DNA of 64,000 nt from a bacterium (GCA_041640655.1 JBEPZV010000001.1:64001-128000), one strand, 5' to 3'; counted from the first letter of the stretch, positions 1 to 10,467 are shown. Notes: generated by a model from the sequence alone, not told the origin. A program made the numbers and translations.

Positions 1-1812
1 GGACGCGCCCGAGACGAAGCCCGACGTTCGGCTGGTCACGTTGAACGTTTGGCTCACGTCGTTGAGAAAGCCGCCGAGAATGGCCAGGATCGAGGAGGCG
101 TTGTTGAAATCGTTGGTGGAAATGCCCCCCGGGAACGCGCTCCGACTGAGCGGATTGGGGTTGCCCGTTTGATTGAAGCCGAGCGTGAAGATCGGGATGA
201 TCCCCGCGTCGTTGAACGAGTCCACATGCACGCGGCGCCACTGACCGCCGAAGCGGAAGCTGTGGTTGTCCTTGACCCAGGTGGCATTGTCAATCCACTC
301 AAAAACCGGCGAGTTGCGCCCCTGATTGAGGAAATTTTGTACCGGGTCGGTGACCAGAGGGAAGTCCAAGCGGAAGCCGGAAGCAAACGGCTCCCGGTTG
401 ATGAACGCGACCGGTGCCCGCTGGAAGCCCCAGCGAAACTCGTTATTCAACGTTGCCCGTGGTGTCCACCGCCAGGCGAAGGATCCCAGTTGGCGCAGCG
501 ACCTCTGACCGCCGCCCGGCAAACCGGGGAAGGGCTCGCCAATGTCATTGAACGTGTCATTGGGAAACCGCGAATGAAACTGACTGAAGACCGCTTCGAA
601 TTGATGGTTCGCCAGCGGGTGATAGTCCACCCGAAAGCCCCAGAGATCGTTATCATTGATGACACCGCTGTTGAAGCGAAAGCCGGCGAAGTTCAACCGG
701 TCGCCGGTGGTGAAGTCGTTGGGCGTTGGGGTCAGGCCGATGAGTCGAGTCGTGACCGGATCAGGCGTCACGCCGCCCAATTGCAGCAGGTTGACCGTCT
801 GGAGCTGCCCATTATCCTGCCGCCGGTAGGTGAACAGCCCTTGCCGTGCCGGTCCCGTCAGGACGGTGCGCAGGAGCGCGCTCGCACTTCGTTCCCGGAA
901 TCCCCTGTAGTATCCGAAGAAGAAGAGTTTGTCGCGGAAAACCGGCCCGCTCGCGCTGACGCCGAACTCGTTGCGGATGAGCTTCTCCCGCGGCAATCCA
1001 ATGGCGTTGTTGAAGAAGGTGTTAGCATCCAGCGACGTGTTGCGGTGGAACCAGAAGGCGCTGCCGTGATACTCGTTGCCGCCTGACGGCGTCACCAGCT
1101 TCACCTGCGCCACGCCGAAGCCATCCACCGAACTCACGTTCTGGGTGGTGATGCTGAACTCGGCCACGTTTTCCACATTGGGCGCTGTGAGGCCAAAGAA
1201 GCCATCGGTGCGCACGAAGTTATCCTGAATATTGATCCCATCCTGCGTGATGTTGTTGAACGAGCCACGCAGTCCGTTGACGACCGAGGTGCGCACGCCG
1301 GCGTTGCCGGCCACGCCCGCCTGCAGTCCCGCTAGTTGCAGCGGATTGCGGCCATTGAGCGGCAGATCCAGAATTTGCCGCCGGGTGATGATCGTGTTCA
1401 GCTCGGCGCTGACGGTGTTGATCACCGTTTGACCCTCGCTGGCCGTCACCTCTACGCTTTCTGTGATCGCCCCCACCTCCAGCGTGAAATTCACCGTCGT
1501 GGGGATGCCGACGTCTACTTTCACATTCTCGACCGCTGTCTTCTTGAACCCCGAGGCTTCCGCTATCACGCGGTACAGCCCGCTGCGCACCTGCGGGAAG
1601 ACAAAGAGCCCTTGCTCGTTGGTCGTGGTGGTGATCGTTTCATTGGTCGTGACATTGGTCAGCGTAACCGTGGCTCCAAAGATGGCGGCGCCGGTCTGAT
1701 CCTTGACGCTACCATCGAGCCGCGAGGTGGTTGTTTGAGACATTGCGGCGCTACACAAAACCAGCGCCACGGGGAGTGCGAGGAACCCTGTTCTCCGGTT
1801 CATAAACCTCAT
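1..1812 (-). CDS. Oar-like TonB-dependent receptor with carboxypeptidase regulatory-like N-terminal domain (runs off the left edge)
   Basis: Manual translation: MRFMNRRTGFLALPVALVLCSAAMSQ signal, GSVKDQTGAAI, LPLNGRN, TPSGGNEYHGSAFWFHRN; RBS GGGAGGAG about 10 nt upstream. Confidence 0.9.
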   Translation of the reverse strand, partial: MRFMNRRTGFLALPVALVLCSAAMSQTTTSRLDGSVKDQTGAAIFGATVTLTNVTTNETITTTTNEQGLFVFPQVRSGLYRVIAEASGFKKTAVENVKVDVGIPTTVNFTLEVGAITESVEVTASEGQTVINTVSAELNTIITRRQILDLPLNGRNPLQLAGLQAGVAGNAGVRTSVVNGLRGSFNNITQDGINIQDNFVRTDGFFGLTAPNVENVAEFSITTQNVSSVDGFGVAQVKLVTPSGGNEYHGSAFWFHRNTSLDANTFFNNAIGLPREKLIRNEFGVSASGPVFRDKLFFFGYYRGFRERSASALLRTVLTGPARQGLFTYRRQDNGQLQTVNLLQLGGVTPDPVTTRLIGLTPTPNDFTTGDRLNFAGFRFNSGVINDNDLWGFRVDYHPLANHQFEAVFSQFHSRFPNDTFNDIGEPFPGLPGGGQRSLRQLGSFAWRWTPRATLNNEFRWGFQRAPVAFINREPFASGFRLDFPLVTDPVQNFLNQGRNSPVFEWIDNATWVKDNHSFRFGGQWRRVHVDSFNDAGIIPIFTLGFNQTGNPNPLSRSAFPGGISTNDFNNASSILAILGGFLNDVSQTFNVTSRTSGFVSGAS

Positions 1813-1897
1813 GATGGTGCATCTCCTCCCTCGGATGAGGGCCTTCAGGACCGGCACCCGTGCTTTCCAGCCTCGAGGCCCTCATCCGTGATTTAAG

Positions 1898-1946
1898 AAA
1901 CCAGCGCGAGGAAAGCAGCGGATATTCCTTTCCTCCCCGCCGGTTT
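1898..1946 (-). terminator. Intergenic hairpin between the two TBDR genes (terminator or mRNA stabiliser)
   Basis: Imperfect inverted repeat aaacc..gcg..gaggaaag / ctttcctc..cgc..ggttt. Confidence 0.4.
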
Positions 1947-1963
1947 AGTTGAACGGTTTCACA

Positions 1964-4900
1964 TCAGAACGAGACGCGCAGCCCAAACTGGATATTGCGC
2001 GGGATGCCCTGAGCGAAACTGCCCGAACCGATGCCGCGCCGCTGTCGCCGCGCTTGACCGTTGATATCGGTGGGAGCCCCGCCGAGTTCGCCCGAGATCG
2101 TCTCGAAGTTAGCGATGTTGAAGAGATTGAAGATTTCCACCATCGGCTCTACCGCGATGTGCTCGTCGTAGAAGGTGAACTTCTTGGCGATGCGCACGTC
2201 CGTCGTAATGAATGAATCGTTCATCGGATTGTTCGTCGGCGCCAACGCCAATGAGGGAACGACCGCCCCCAGACGCCTCAATTGATCCGCCGTGAACAAC
2301 CCCGCGTTGATCAGTTGTTGCGCCGCCGGCGTGAACTTCCCTGCCACTTGACTGTTGAACTGCGTGATGAGGCGGTTCAACTCTTCAATGCTCCCGACGT
2401 CGCGCCCGAACGAGCCGCGGTTCGTTCCGGGCAGGAATTGCACGCGCCGCCCATCTCCCTCTAGATCAATGGTGAAGATGTCGGTATTCCCGCCAAAGAC
2501 GGCCGGCAGCGTGAGCGATTCCGGAAAGGCCGTGGCCACGCGCCAGATGCTGGAGATCGTCCACCCGCGCGGAAAATCCAGGATGGAGTTGATCACCAGT
2601 TGATGCGTCCGATCGCCGGCCGAGATGGCTCCGGTCAGGATGCTCCTTGATCCCGCAGGTCCATTGGCAAAGAGAATGTTGTCGTTGTTGACCGGCCGAT
2701 TCAAGAAATCAATGTCGCCCGCTGTGGCCGTGTAGCGCGATAGCGCGTACGAGACGCCCAAGTACAGGTTCTTCACCACGGACGAGAGATTCGTCAGCCG
2801 CCCATCGAGCTTGAATTGCAGCGCATTGTATTTGGACTGCCCAGACGTCTGCGTCTCCCACACATTGGCGAAGGTGGGATCCACGCCCGGGAAAGCGCGG
2901 AAGAGCCCGAAATCGGCGATCGTCGCCCCGCGGGCGATCGCTTCATCAATGGTGTTCACCCCAAAGCGAGCAAGCGTCCGCCGAATCTGCGCCTCAGCCC
3001 GCACTCGATCAAATGTATCGGCAGCGAACCGCCGATTGGCATCGCGAGTCAGGTAGAAGTGAACACCTCGACTGCGCACATAATCAATCGAGAAGACCAG
3101 GCCCGGTCGGATCTCCCGCTGAACGCCGACGTTCAGGTGGAACGAGTAGGGTTGCGAATACCGGTTGGTGAAGAAGCCCACCGCGAAGCGATTGGTCAAA
3201 AACTGCGGATCGCCATTGGGATCGAATCGCACACCCGACCAGGCGGCTTGCAGCGCGTCGTGCAATCGTCGCAGCGTTCCAACCACTTCCCGCAGCGGCC
3301 GCCCCGCCAGCGAAGAATACTCCCCTGTCGGGAAGCCACCAATGTCAATCGGCCGCCCATCCGGCCCGACAAAGGGCGTGAAGAGGTCAAAGTCGATCTC
3401 CCCAATGCCCGCCGGGATCAGGTCGTTGCGCTCAAAGAGCGTGTTGTTCAGGATGTTGGTGTCATAGAAGATGCCCGCGCCCAGGCGAATCGCCGTCTTC
3501 CCGCCACCAATCGGATCCCACGCGATGCCAACCGTGGGGCCGAAGTTATTATCATCCTGACTCACCTTCAGTCCGGCGGGTCCAAAGAAGCGATCCAACC
3601 CGGCCTTCCGCCGCTGCTGATTGATGAACTCATCATCATTGACCTGGCCCGACTCCAGATCGTAGCGCACGCCATAGTTAATCGTGATATTCTTCCCCTC
3701 ACCGTAAGCCTTACGCCAGGTGTCGCCCACATACCAGGCGAACCTGAGGTTGTTCTTCCCCCCGAACGGTCGCCCATTGTTGGCGATTTCGGAGAAGAAC
3801 CCGAGGCCATTAGCGATGGTGGCATCGGCCAGCGGATACTCCAAAGGATCGAAGGGATCGCCGCCCCGAGCAATGACCTGCCGCCTCAGATCCTCATTGA
3901 ACTCACCAATGATGAGCGGCGCATTGCCGAAGAACGCGGCAAAGACGTTCATGCGAATCTGGTTGAACTCGACGCCGAACCGCAGTGTATGGTTGCCAAA
4001 GACATAGCTGCCATCCCCCTTGAACTGATCCGACGTCTGGAACGTCCGCTGCGGAGCCAGCAGATCAGGACCGATTTCCAGGTCGCCCACGCTGAGGAGG
4101 AGAGGTTTGCCGCCAACTTTGAAGAAATTGATGCCGGCCACTTCGCTGGCATCAATGTGATTGTCAAAGCTCGTGTGACCGTACCGTCCGGAAAAGGCCC
4201 ACCGACCGCGGGTTCCATCCACGCCCAGGGCTGTGACATTGGTGATGTTTTGGTTGCTGAAGGGCGATTGATTCCCGCCGCCGATGTCGGCGATCCCTTT
4301 ATTCCAGTTGTGGCTGAAGCGGGCGAACGCTCGAACGCTCGATGTGATATTCCAATCTACCCGCCCCAGGAACATGCGGTCATCGAACGGAGCTGCCGCC
4401 GGCCCGCGGAACTGCGGGAAGTCGAAACTCGACAGCGATCGCGTATCATCCTGATTGTTCCGCTCGTAGTTCAAGAAGAAGAAGGCCTTGTCCTTGACGA
4501 ACGGTCCACCGCCCCGGAAGCCAATCTGCTCGCGGTCAAATTCCGGACTCGGATTCTCGGGATCCCGGGTCGTTCCGGGGAAAGCCGCCACCTCTTCGTC
4601 GCGGAAGAAGAAGAAGCCGCTGCCATGAAACTCATTGGTCCCGCTGCGCGTCAGCACATTCACCGCTCCAGAAGACGTCAAGGTGGTGGAGGGATCGAAG
4701 GTGCTCCGGCTCAATTGAAATTCTTGCAGCGCATCCTGCGAGATATTCTGCGTCGTCGTCCCGACGACCTCATCGGTGATGTCAATGCCGTCCACCTGAA
4801 TGCGAGTCGTTCGACCCGAGCGCCCGCCGACGCCAATGCCGCTCAAGCCGTTCTTGGTGGGATCGAACCCGCCCGCGTCCACCACCTGAACGCCTGGCTC

Positions 4901-5392
4901 CAGTTGCGCCAGGTCCAGATAGTTGCGCCCATTGAGCGGCAGCTCATCAATCTGTCGGGACGTGATGGCACCTTCAATCGTCGACCGAACCGTGTTGACC
5001 TGAACGTCCTCCGCCTCAATGGTGACCACTTCAGTGGGTGTTCCGACTTCGAGTTTCAGGTCCCCGACCGCCGTCGTTCCCACGACGACCGTGACTTTGC
5101 GAACCCCGGTCTTAAATCCAGGCGCTTCCACCCTCACCTCGTACTCACCGGGTGGAAGGAACCGCACCGCATAAACACCACCCCGACCGGTCGTGGTGAT
5201 GAAGACGCGGCCGGTGGCTACCTGCCTCACAGTCACGGTCGCATCGGGGATAACCGCCCCCGTGGGATCGGTCACCGTCCCTTCAATGCTGCCGGCAGAC
5301 TCTTGGGCCCTCGAGGCCGCCGGCGCCGCCGCGATCAATATAAACGCCAGAGCTAGCAGCAGTGGTGTCCAGCTCCTCCTCTCTTTCCTCAT
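1964..5392 (-). CDS. Oar-like TonB-dependent receptor
   Basis: Signal peptide, GTVTDPTGAVIP, LPLNGRN, TRSGTNEFHGS, C-terminal IQFGLRVSF. Confidence 0.93.
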   Translation of the reverse strand: MRKERRSWTPLLLALAFILIAAAPAASRAQESAGSIEGTVTDPTGAVIPDATVTVRQVATGRVFITTTGRGGVYAVRFLPPGEYEVRVEAPGFKTGVRKVTVVVGTTAVGDLKLEVGTPTEVVTIEAEDVQVNTVRSTIEGAITSRQIDELPLNGRNYLDLAQLEPGVQVVDAGGFDPTKNGLSGIGVGGRSGRTTRIQVDGIDITDEVVGTTTQNISQDALQEFQLSRSTFDPSTTLTSSGAVNVLTRSGTNEFHGSGFFFFRDEEVAAFPGTTRDPENPSPEFDREQIGFRGGGPFVKDKAFFFLNYERNNQDDTRSLSSFDFPQFRGPAAAPFDDRMFLGRVDWNITSSVRAFARFSHNWNKGIADIGGGNQSPFSNQNITNVTALGVDGTRGRWAFSGRYGHTSFDNHIDASEVAGINFFKVGGKPLLLSVGDLEIGPDLLAPQRTFQTSDQFKGDGSYVFGNHTLRFGVEFNQIRMNVFAAFFGNAPLIIGEFNEDLRRQVIARGGDPFDPLEYPLADATIANGLGFFSEIANNGRPFGGKNNLRFAWYVGDTWRKAYGEGKNITINYGVRYDLESGQVNDDEFINQQRRKAGLDRFFGPAGLKVSQDDNNFGPTVGIAWDPIGGGKTAIRLGAGIFYDTNILNNTLFERNDLIPAGIGEIDFDLFTPFVGPDGRPIDIGGFPTGEYSSLAGRPLREVVGTLRRLHDALQAAWSGVRFDPNGDPQFLTNRFAVGFFTNRYSQPYSFHLNVGVQREIRPGLVFSIDYVRSRGVHFYLTRDANRRFAADTFDRVRAEAQIRRTLARFGVNTIDEAIARGATIADFGLFRAFPGVDPTFANVWETQTSGQSKYNALQFKLDGRLTNLSSVVKNLYLGVSYALSRYTATAGDIDFLNRPVNNDNILFANGPAGSRSILTGAISAGDRTHQLVINSILDFPRGWTISSIWRVATAFPESLTLPAVFGGNTDIFTIDLEGDGRRVQFLPGTNRGSFGRDVGSIEELNRLITQFNSQVAGKFTPAAQQLINAGLFTADQLRRLGAVVPSLALAPTNNPMNDSFITTDVRIAKKFTFYDEHIAVEPMVEIFNLFNIANFETISGELGGAPTDINGQARRQRRGIGSGSFAQGIPRNIQFGLRVSF

Positions 5393-5452
5393 ATGTGCCG
5401 TCCTCCTTGTCGCTTTGTCGTCCCCCCCGCCTCAACCCCAGCAGCCGAGAAA

Positions 5453-5469
5453 CGCAACTCCCATGCCGG
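5453..5469 (-). promoter_or_regulatory. sigma54 (-24/-12) promoter of the TBDR genes
   Basis: CCGGCATGGGAGTTGCG = GG-N10-GC with GGCA and TTGC cores, about 60 nt upstream of the ATG. Confidence 0.65.
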
Positions 5470-5476
5470 TTGAATT

Positions 5477-5513
5477 CGCCGAAAATCCGACGCCTCGTGC
5501 CGAAATCGCGACA
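5477..5513. promoter_or_regulatory. Tandem palindromic operator pair
   Basis: CGCCG-N6-CGACG (5477-5492) and TGCCG-N6-CGACA (5498-5513), 21-bp offset. Confidence 0.45.
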
Positions 5514-5681
5514 TGGGTCGGTCTCCTTCTTCTCCATGGCTTTGCATCATATAGCGTGTGAAAGTAAGTCCTCTCACACTACACCATCCGGCAAAAATCC
5601 CCCGGAAAGGGATCCGAGAAATCCGAAGAACCTTCCAGGATTTCGGAAAGCAATGGGCTCGCGGCAATGGCTGATGGTTGA

Positions 5682-6725
5682 TCACTTGAATGATGCCCCC
5701 TTGATCCCATAGCGTTTGAGCTTTGTGTTGAGAGTGGTCCGTTTGAGACCGAGCAATTCGGCGGCTTTCGTTTGCCGGCCCTGAGATTGTCGCAGGGCCG
5801 CACACAAAAGCGACTTCTCCAATCGCTCCAGCTCCTCGCTCAGGTTGATCCCCGAGGCGGGCAGGGAGCTGTCGTCAACCTTCAAGGGATCGAGCAGGTG
5901 GGCGGGCAGCAGCGAGGGGTCGAGGCAAGGCGGTTTCGATCGTCGAACCATATCCTCGACGACCTTCTTTAGCTCACCGACATTGCCCGGCCAATCATAC
6001 CGGCGCAACCGGGCGAGCGTATCAGGTGAAATGTCCCTCGATTCCCTCCCCAACTGCTGACACGCCTCCTCAACGAAGTGTCGGCTCAGCGGCTCAATGT
6101 CGGCTTGCCTTTGACGCAATGGAGGAATAACCAAAATGTCACGGAGGGTCAGAGCCGTGCTTTCCAAGGCCCACGACATTCTCGAACTCGATGGTGAGGT
6201 CGGCGTAGAACCGAGGATCACCCGCACATCCGCCGTCTCCAGCAGACCGTCTCCCTGGCGACGAAACTCCTGATACCGAACCAATCGGGCAATCTCGGTC
6301 TTCAACAGAGGCGAGAGCATGGAGATCCCGCTGATATAGAGCGTCCCGCCCTTGGCCCTTTCGACCAGCCCTCTTTGCGTGCGATTGCCTCCGGACGGCA
6401 ACTCACGGATCGAACCGAACAACGCGGCTTCGATTGATTCTTCGGAGAGCGAATCGCAGGAGAGAGCGACGAAGGGCCCGTGACGGCGGGCGCTGCACTC
6501 ATGAATCAAGCGGGCCACGAACTCCTTCCCCGTTCCCGGCTCCCCTTCGATCAGGATCGGATGATCATGAGCGGCATGAGCCGCCACCGCCGCCCGCGCC
6601 TCGGTCGCCCATCGGCTGACTCCAATGAGACGCTCTTTAATCATTTGGGTCACATCGCCCTCATCACTGCGCCTGAGCACGGACTCGTAAGCGATGAGAC
6701 GACTCTCAACGACCTTCCCTGACAT
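5682..6725 (-). CDS. Atypical sigma54-interaction-domain/Fis-HTH regulator with degenerate GAFTGA and Walker B
   Basis: GEPGTGKE Walker A, WPGNVGEL, C-terminal KAAELLGLKRTTL; no sensor domain; start placed at MSGKVV by RBS. Confidence 0.85.
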   Translation of the reverse strand: MSGKVVESRLIAYESVLRRSDEGDVTQMIKERLIGVSRWATEARAAVAAHAAHDHPILIEGEPGTGKEFVARLIHECSARRHGPFVALSCDSLSEESIEAALFGSIRELPSGGNRTQRGLVERAKGGTLYISGISMLSPLLKTEIARLVRYQEFRRQGDGLLETADVRVILGSTPTSPSSSRMSWALESTALTLRDILVIPPLRQRQADIEPLSRHFVEEACQQLGRESRDISPDTLARLRRYDWPGNVGELKKVVEDMVRRSKPPCLDPSLLPAHLLDPLKVDDSSLPASGINLSEELERLEKSLLCAALRQSQGRQTKAAELLGLKRTTLNTKLKRYGIKGASFK

Positions 6726-6818
6726 ACCGTTTTTCCTCCCTTCCTTCTGACGAGACCTCTCGAGCAATCAATGGAGATGGGACCGTGCTCCCCATCTCGC
6801 CTCGTCGGAGACCGATTT

Positions 6819-7454
6819 TTACACTCCGCCCCGGATCACTTCCTCTTCATTCGCAAAGAGAGACCCTCCGGGTTGGCCGCGCAGCGAGTGACCGGATGCA
6901 CTTGCCCCCAATAGCTCGCGCAATTTCATCCGGGCTTTATGCAATTGAGACTTGGTCGTCCCGACGGTGATACCTAAAAGGCGAGCGATCTCGTCGTGCT
7001 CGTATCCTTCGACATCGTGGAGCAGGAAGACCGCGCGATAACCGGGCGGGAGACGACGAATCGCTCGCTCCAAATCAATCCTGTCAAGGATGGAGCCATC
7101 CCGCCGTGGCCGCTTCATCGCCTCCGTTTGCGCGATCTCCTCACCCTCGTGGAGCTGTCCCTCTTGCTGTCGGCGATGGGTTCTCACATACATCAACACT
7201 CGGTTCACCGTCAGCCGATAGAGCCAGGTACTCAAGGCCGCTGCCCCTTTGAAGGTCCCGATCTTGCGATAGAGCTGCAGGAAGACCTCCTGGGTGAGGT
7301 CCTCGGCATCCGGCACATTGCCCAGCATCCGCAGGCACAGACTATAGACTTTCCGCCGATGGCGCCGGTACAGCTCCTCAAACGCGGACACATCCCCCGC
7401 CGCCGACGCCTGAGCCAACTCCACATCTGTGAGTGCGTCTGTACGTGATGTCAT
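6819..7454 (-). CDS. ECF sigma-70 factor (RpoE-like)
   Basis: [52 protein letters not shown]. Confidence 0.93.
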   Translation of the reverse strand: MTSRTDALTDVELAQASAAGDVSAFEELYRRHRRKVYSLCLRMLGNVPDAEDLTQEVFLQLYRKIGTFKGAAALSTWLYRLTVNRVLMYVRTHRRQQEGQLHEGEEIAQTEAMKRPRRDGSILDRIDLERAIRRLPPGYRAVFLLHDVEGYEHDEIARLLGITVGTTKSQLHKARMKLRELLGASASGHSLRGQPGGSLFANEEEVIRGGV

Positions 7455-7600
7455 ACTCGGTTCTTTGCCTCCCTCCTGTCCGTCTTGCTCCTCAAGCGGC
7501 CCCAGACGTTCACCAGGAAGCGGCTAATGAGCAGCAGCCCGAGGCTCGCCTGGAAGAAGAAGAAGACGAAGAACAGGAGAATGAGGTCCCTGATCTCCAT
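7451..7600 (-). CDS. Small hydrophobic membrane protein (49 aa)
   Basis: [37 protein letters not shown]; stop overlaps the sigma ATG (ATGA). Confidence 0.55.
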   Translation of the reverse strand: MEIRDLILLFFVFFFFQASLGLLLISRFLVNVWGRLRSKTDRREAKNRV

Positions 7601-7699
7601 AACCTCTCGCTCCTCATGTTGAACTCCGACGAGCAGTGGATGAAGTCCAGTCTCCTGGCCCATTGCGCCAACCGGCGAAGAGTGGCCGCCGGCAGGCAT

Positions 7700-7975
7700 T
7701 CATGGGCGCACAGCATCGCGCCTGTGAGCGTCATCTTGGCCATCGTTCACCGCAGATCGGGCACTCCAACCGATCTCAAGATCGGCCGGAGACTCCTGTG
7801 GCTGAGATCGAATTAACCACTCGGCGTCAAATTCATGGCCGCACTGTCGGCACCGGACTGTGGGAAGGCATTCCGCATAGCCCAGGTCACAGCGAAGTCT
7901 GAGGTCGAAATTCCGCGTCGAGCAAAGGGGACATCCAAGCGTGGCCAACACTCGTTCGATGTCTTCGAGCTTCAT
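7700..7975 (-). CDS. Small Cys-rich, Zn-ribbon-like protein
   Basis: CPLC...C...C...CRQC; GGAGGAG RBS before MKLEDIE. Confidence 0.65.
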   Translation of the reverse strand: MKLEDIERVLATLGCPLCSTRNFDLRLRCDLGYAECLPTVRCRQCGHEFDAEWLIRSQPQESPADLEIGWSARSAVNDGQDDAHRRDAVRP

Positions 7976-8025
7976 ATTGGCTTTCTCCTCCACCGGCCAC
8001 TATACGCGATGCCGAGGAGAGAGAA

Positions 8026-8041
8026 TATGAACGATGTCACA
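8026..8041. promoter_or_regulatory. Crp/Fnr-type box upstream of the Zn-ribbon/ECF cluster
   Basis: TATGA-ACGATG-TCACA versus TGTGA-N6-TCACA. Confidence 0.6.
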
Positions 8042-8087
8042 ATCCTCAAACTCCAACCTCAAAACTCCCATGAAGGCGTTTTCAGAT

Positions 8088-9863
8088 TCACTTCAACTTG
8101 GACAACCACTCGACGATTTGCCTCCGGTCCTCATCCGAAAGCTGCGGAAAGCGGGCGGGCATCGGGTCTTTCAGGCCATAGGCGCGCGGATCCACAAGCA
8201 GGTTGAGCAGGTCCTCCGGGCGGCGATGGGGCTTTTCGATAACGCCGATCAATCGCGGGCCGATATTCCCTTCGCCACGCGGGCCGTGACAGAACGCGCA
8301 ATGGGCGGTGAAGGCGGCCGGAGGAGGCAGCGCAGCGCGTTCGGCCGCTTCCGGTTGAACGACCCGCTTCACCATCTTGATCTTCTTGGCAGGTGGTGTT
8401 GAGACAGCCACCGTTTGAGGCTTCGGCGCTTGGATCGGTTGATCAAGCGTCAGGAGCCACTCGGCGATGGCTTCTCGGTCCTCGGGCGCGAGCTGCTTGA
8501 ACTTCGGCATAGAGCCAGGTGACGGCTCTCGTTGGTGACCCACGAGATAATCAATCAGGAAGGATTTACTCAGATGCCGATTCCTGGCCAGCTTCACCAG
8601 GGCTGGAGCCATCGCCCCACCCATGGCGTCCGCGCCATGGCAGTTGGCGCAGTTGGCGAAGTAGATCTTGAGCACCCGCGACCCGACAACCGGAGGATTC
8701 TTCACGACCGGCGGGTTGACCGGGATCGAACGACCGATCTCCTGCGGGACAAATGGAGCTTTTATGAACGCTCGCGCCTCTTCCTCTTGAGCGCGAAGCT
8801 TGGCGCTGAATTCGGGATGCGTCGCATCCTGGTATTTCGACAGCGCTCCGAGTGCGACACTGCCTCCCAGCGCCAACGCCAACGCACTGACGGCGATGGG
8901 CCGACGAAGCGGGTGTCGCTCCGGTCGGCGATCAATGAACGGGAGCAGAAAGAGCACCCCAAAGAGCACCGTCGGCAGACCTACTGTCGGGATCAGAGCG
9001 AGCTTTCCCGGAAAATACTTGAGCAGTTGAAAGAGCGGGAGGAAGTACCATGGGGGCCGGGCGAGATAATCCGATGTCGGATCGGCCTGCGGCCCCAGCC
9101 GCGCCGGGAACTTCACCGCCAGGATCAAAAGGACGAGGAAGACGATGAAGATGAAGAGCATGTCTTTGAAGAGCTGATACGGATAGAACGGTTCGACCTT
9201 CGCATCATCCCGATGATGATACGGTCCGGCTGCGCCCGCCCGCCGAAAGAAGTAGAGGTGAAGCACAACGAGCAGCAGGAGCGCCAGCGGCAGCAAGAGA
9301 ATATGCGTGACAAAAAACCGCGACAGCGTCAGCGTCGTCAGATCATGGCCGCCGAGCAAGATGCGCTGCATCACCTCGCCAACGACCGGGACTTCACCGG
9401 CGACGCTCGTGCCCACCTTGGTGCCGAAGTACGCTTCCTGATCCCACGGCAGCAAATAGCCGGTGAAGGCAAAACCGAGCACGACAAGCATCATGACCAC
9501 GCCTACCATCCAGAGCAACTCGCGCCGCTGTTTATACGCGCCGAAGAGGTACGTTTGTGCCAGGTGGGCAATCAGAATGATGATCATGGCGCTGGCCCCA
9601 TAGGAATGGAGTCCGCGAATGATCCCTCCCATCGGCACGACCTTCTGGATATAGGCAACGCTCGCGTGCGCGTGGTCGGCCGACGGCACGTAGTACATCG
9701 TCAGGAAAATACCCGTGGCCGCCTGAAGCAAAAAGAGAAAAATGAGCGCGCTGCCAAACACATAAGCGAAGCGCGCCCCGCCGCGAATCGGCTCATCCAG
9801 GATAGCGCGTGAAATCTTCTTGACGCCCGTCCGCTCATCAATCCAATCGTAAAGACTCGCCAT
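8088..9863 (-). CDS. Cytochrome b of a Rieske/cytb complex fused to two c-type heme domains
   Basis: GLHSYGAS, AHLAQ, GYLLPWDQ, RFFVTH, Qo motif PPWY, CANCH and CAFCH. Confidence 0.92.
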   Translation of the reverse strand: MASLYDWIDERTGVKKISRAILDEPIRGGARFAYVFGSALIFLFLLQAATGIFLTMYYVPSADHAHASVAYIQKVVPMGGIIRGLHSYGASAMIIILIAHLAQTYLFGAYKQRRELLWMVGVVMMLVVLGFAFTGYLLPWDQEAYFGTKVGTSVAGEVPVVGEVMQRILLGGHDLTTLTLSRFFVTHILLLPLALLLLVVLHLYFFRRAGAAGPYHHRDDAKVEPFYPYQLFKDMLFIFIVFLVLLILAVKFPARLGPQADPTSDYLARPPWYFLPLFQLLKYFPGKLALIPTVGLPTVLFGVLFLLPFIDRRPERHPLRRPIAVSALALALGGSVALGALSKYQDATHPEFSAKLRAQEEEARAFIKAPFVPQEIGRSIPVNPPVVKNPPVVGSRVLKIYFANCANCHGADAMGGAMAPALVKLARNRHLSKSFLIDYLVGHQREPSPGSMPKFKQLAPEDREAIAEWLLTLDQPIQAPKPQTVAVSTPPAKKIKMVKRVVQPEAAERAALPPPAAFTAHCAFCHGPRGEGNIGPRLIGVIEKPHRRPEDLLNLLVDPRAYGLKDPMPARFPQLSDEDRRQIVEWLSKLK

Positions 9864-9873
9864 GCTGCTCTCC

Positions 9874-10467
9874 TCACGCGATGACGTGCTTATCTGGCAC
9901 GCCTTGCCGGAAAAACCGGTATCTCACCTGAAGCAGGCCATCCTTCACTCGATGCTCCAGCGTATCCATCCCGCGCGGCGTCGGCCCGCCGAGTTTGCGG
10001 CCATCGCGGGCCCAGGCGCTGCCGTGACACGGGCAGATAAACCCGCTGTCCGCCGCATTGATGGTGCAACCAAGATGAGGACAGATGGCCGAGTAGACCA
10101 CCAGATGGTCACCGTTTTTCACGATCCAGACAAGCTGCTGTGTGTTGAAACGCCCCCAGCCGCCGTCTTGCGAGATGACGACCGCCCTTTTGACCGGCTC
10201 CCCATCGGGGATGTCGTCAACCGGAGCGACGTCGGTCCAATCCTCCTCGATCGAGAACTTCTTGAACGCCGGAAAGAGGCTGAACCCGGCCAACAGCACG
10301 CTCATCACACCGCCGATGGTGGCGGCCATCAGACCGATCATCAGGCCGAGGAACGATCGCCGCGGAGCCACATTCCGAATCGGTTGGGCCGACGACGCTC
10401 CGTGTTCGATTTTTGATGTCTCCGGCTGTCGCTGAGGAGATGGCGAGACCTTTTGCTCGTGATTCAT
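9874..10467 (-). CDS. Rieske [2Fe-2S] subunit with Tat signal
   Basis: RRSFL, CPHLGC, CPCHGS. Confidence 0.93.
   Translation of the reverse strand: MNHEQKVSPSPQRQPETSKIEHGASSAQPIRNVAPRRSFLGLMIGLMAATIGGVMSVLLAGFSLFPAFKKFSIEEDWTDVAPVDDIPDGEPVKRAVVISQDGGWGRFNTQQLVWIVKNGDHLVVYSAICPHLGCTINAADSGFICPCHGSAWARDGRKLGGPTPRGMDTLEHRVKDGLLQVRYRFFRQGVPDKHVIA

Noticed and set aside
2816..5356. 846-aa plus-strand ORF, and similar ones at 49-1086, 8532-9812, 24963-26168, 29199-30839 and 46747-47955
   Set aside because: Antisense shadows of well-supported minus-strand genes
6774..6798. Hairpin GAGATGGG/CCCATCTC as a terminator
   Set aside because: No U-tract on the coding strand, so function is unsupported
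7640..7775. Possible decayed second Zn-ribbon (LECPICGER and HECLP in other frames)
   Set aside because: Needs several frameshifts and the matches are too short to support
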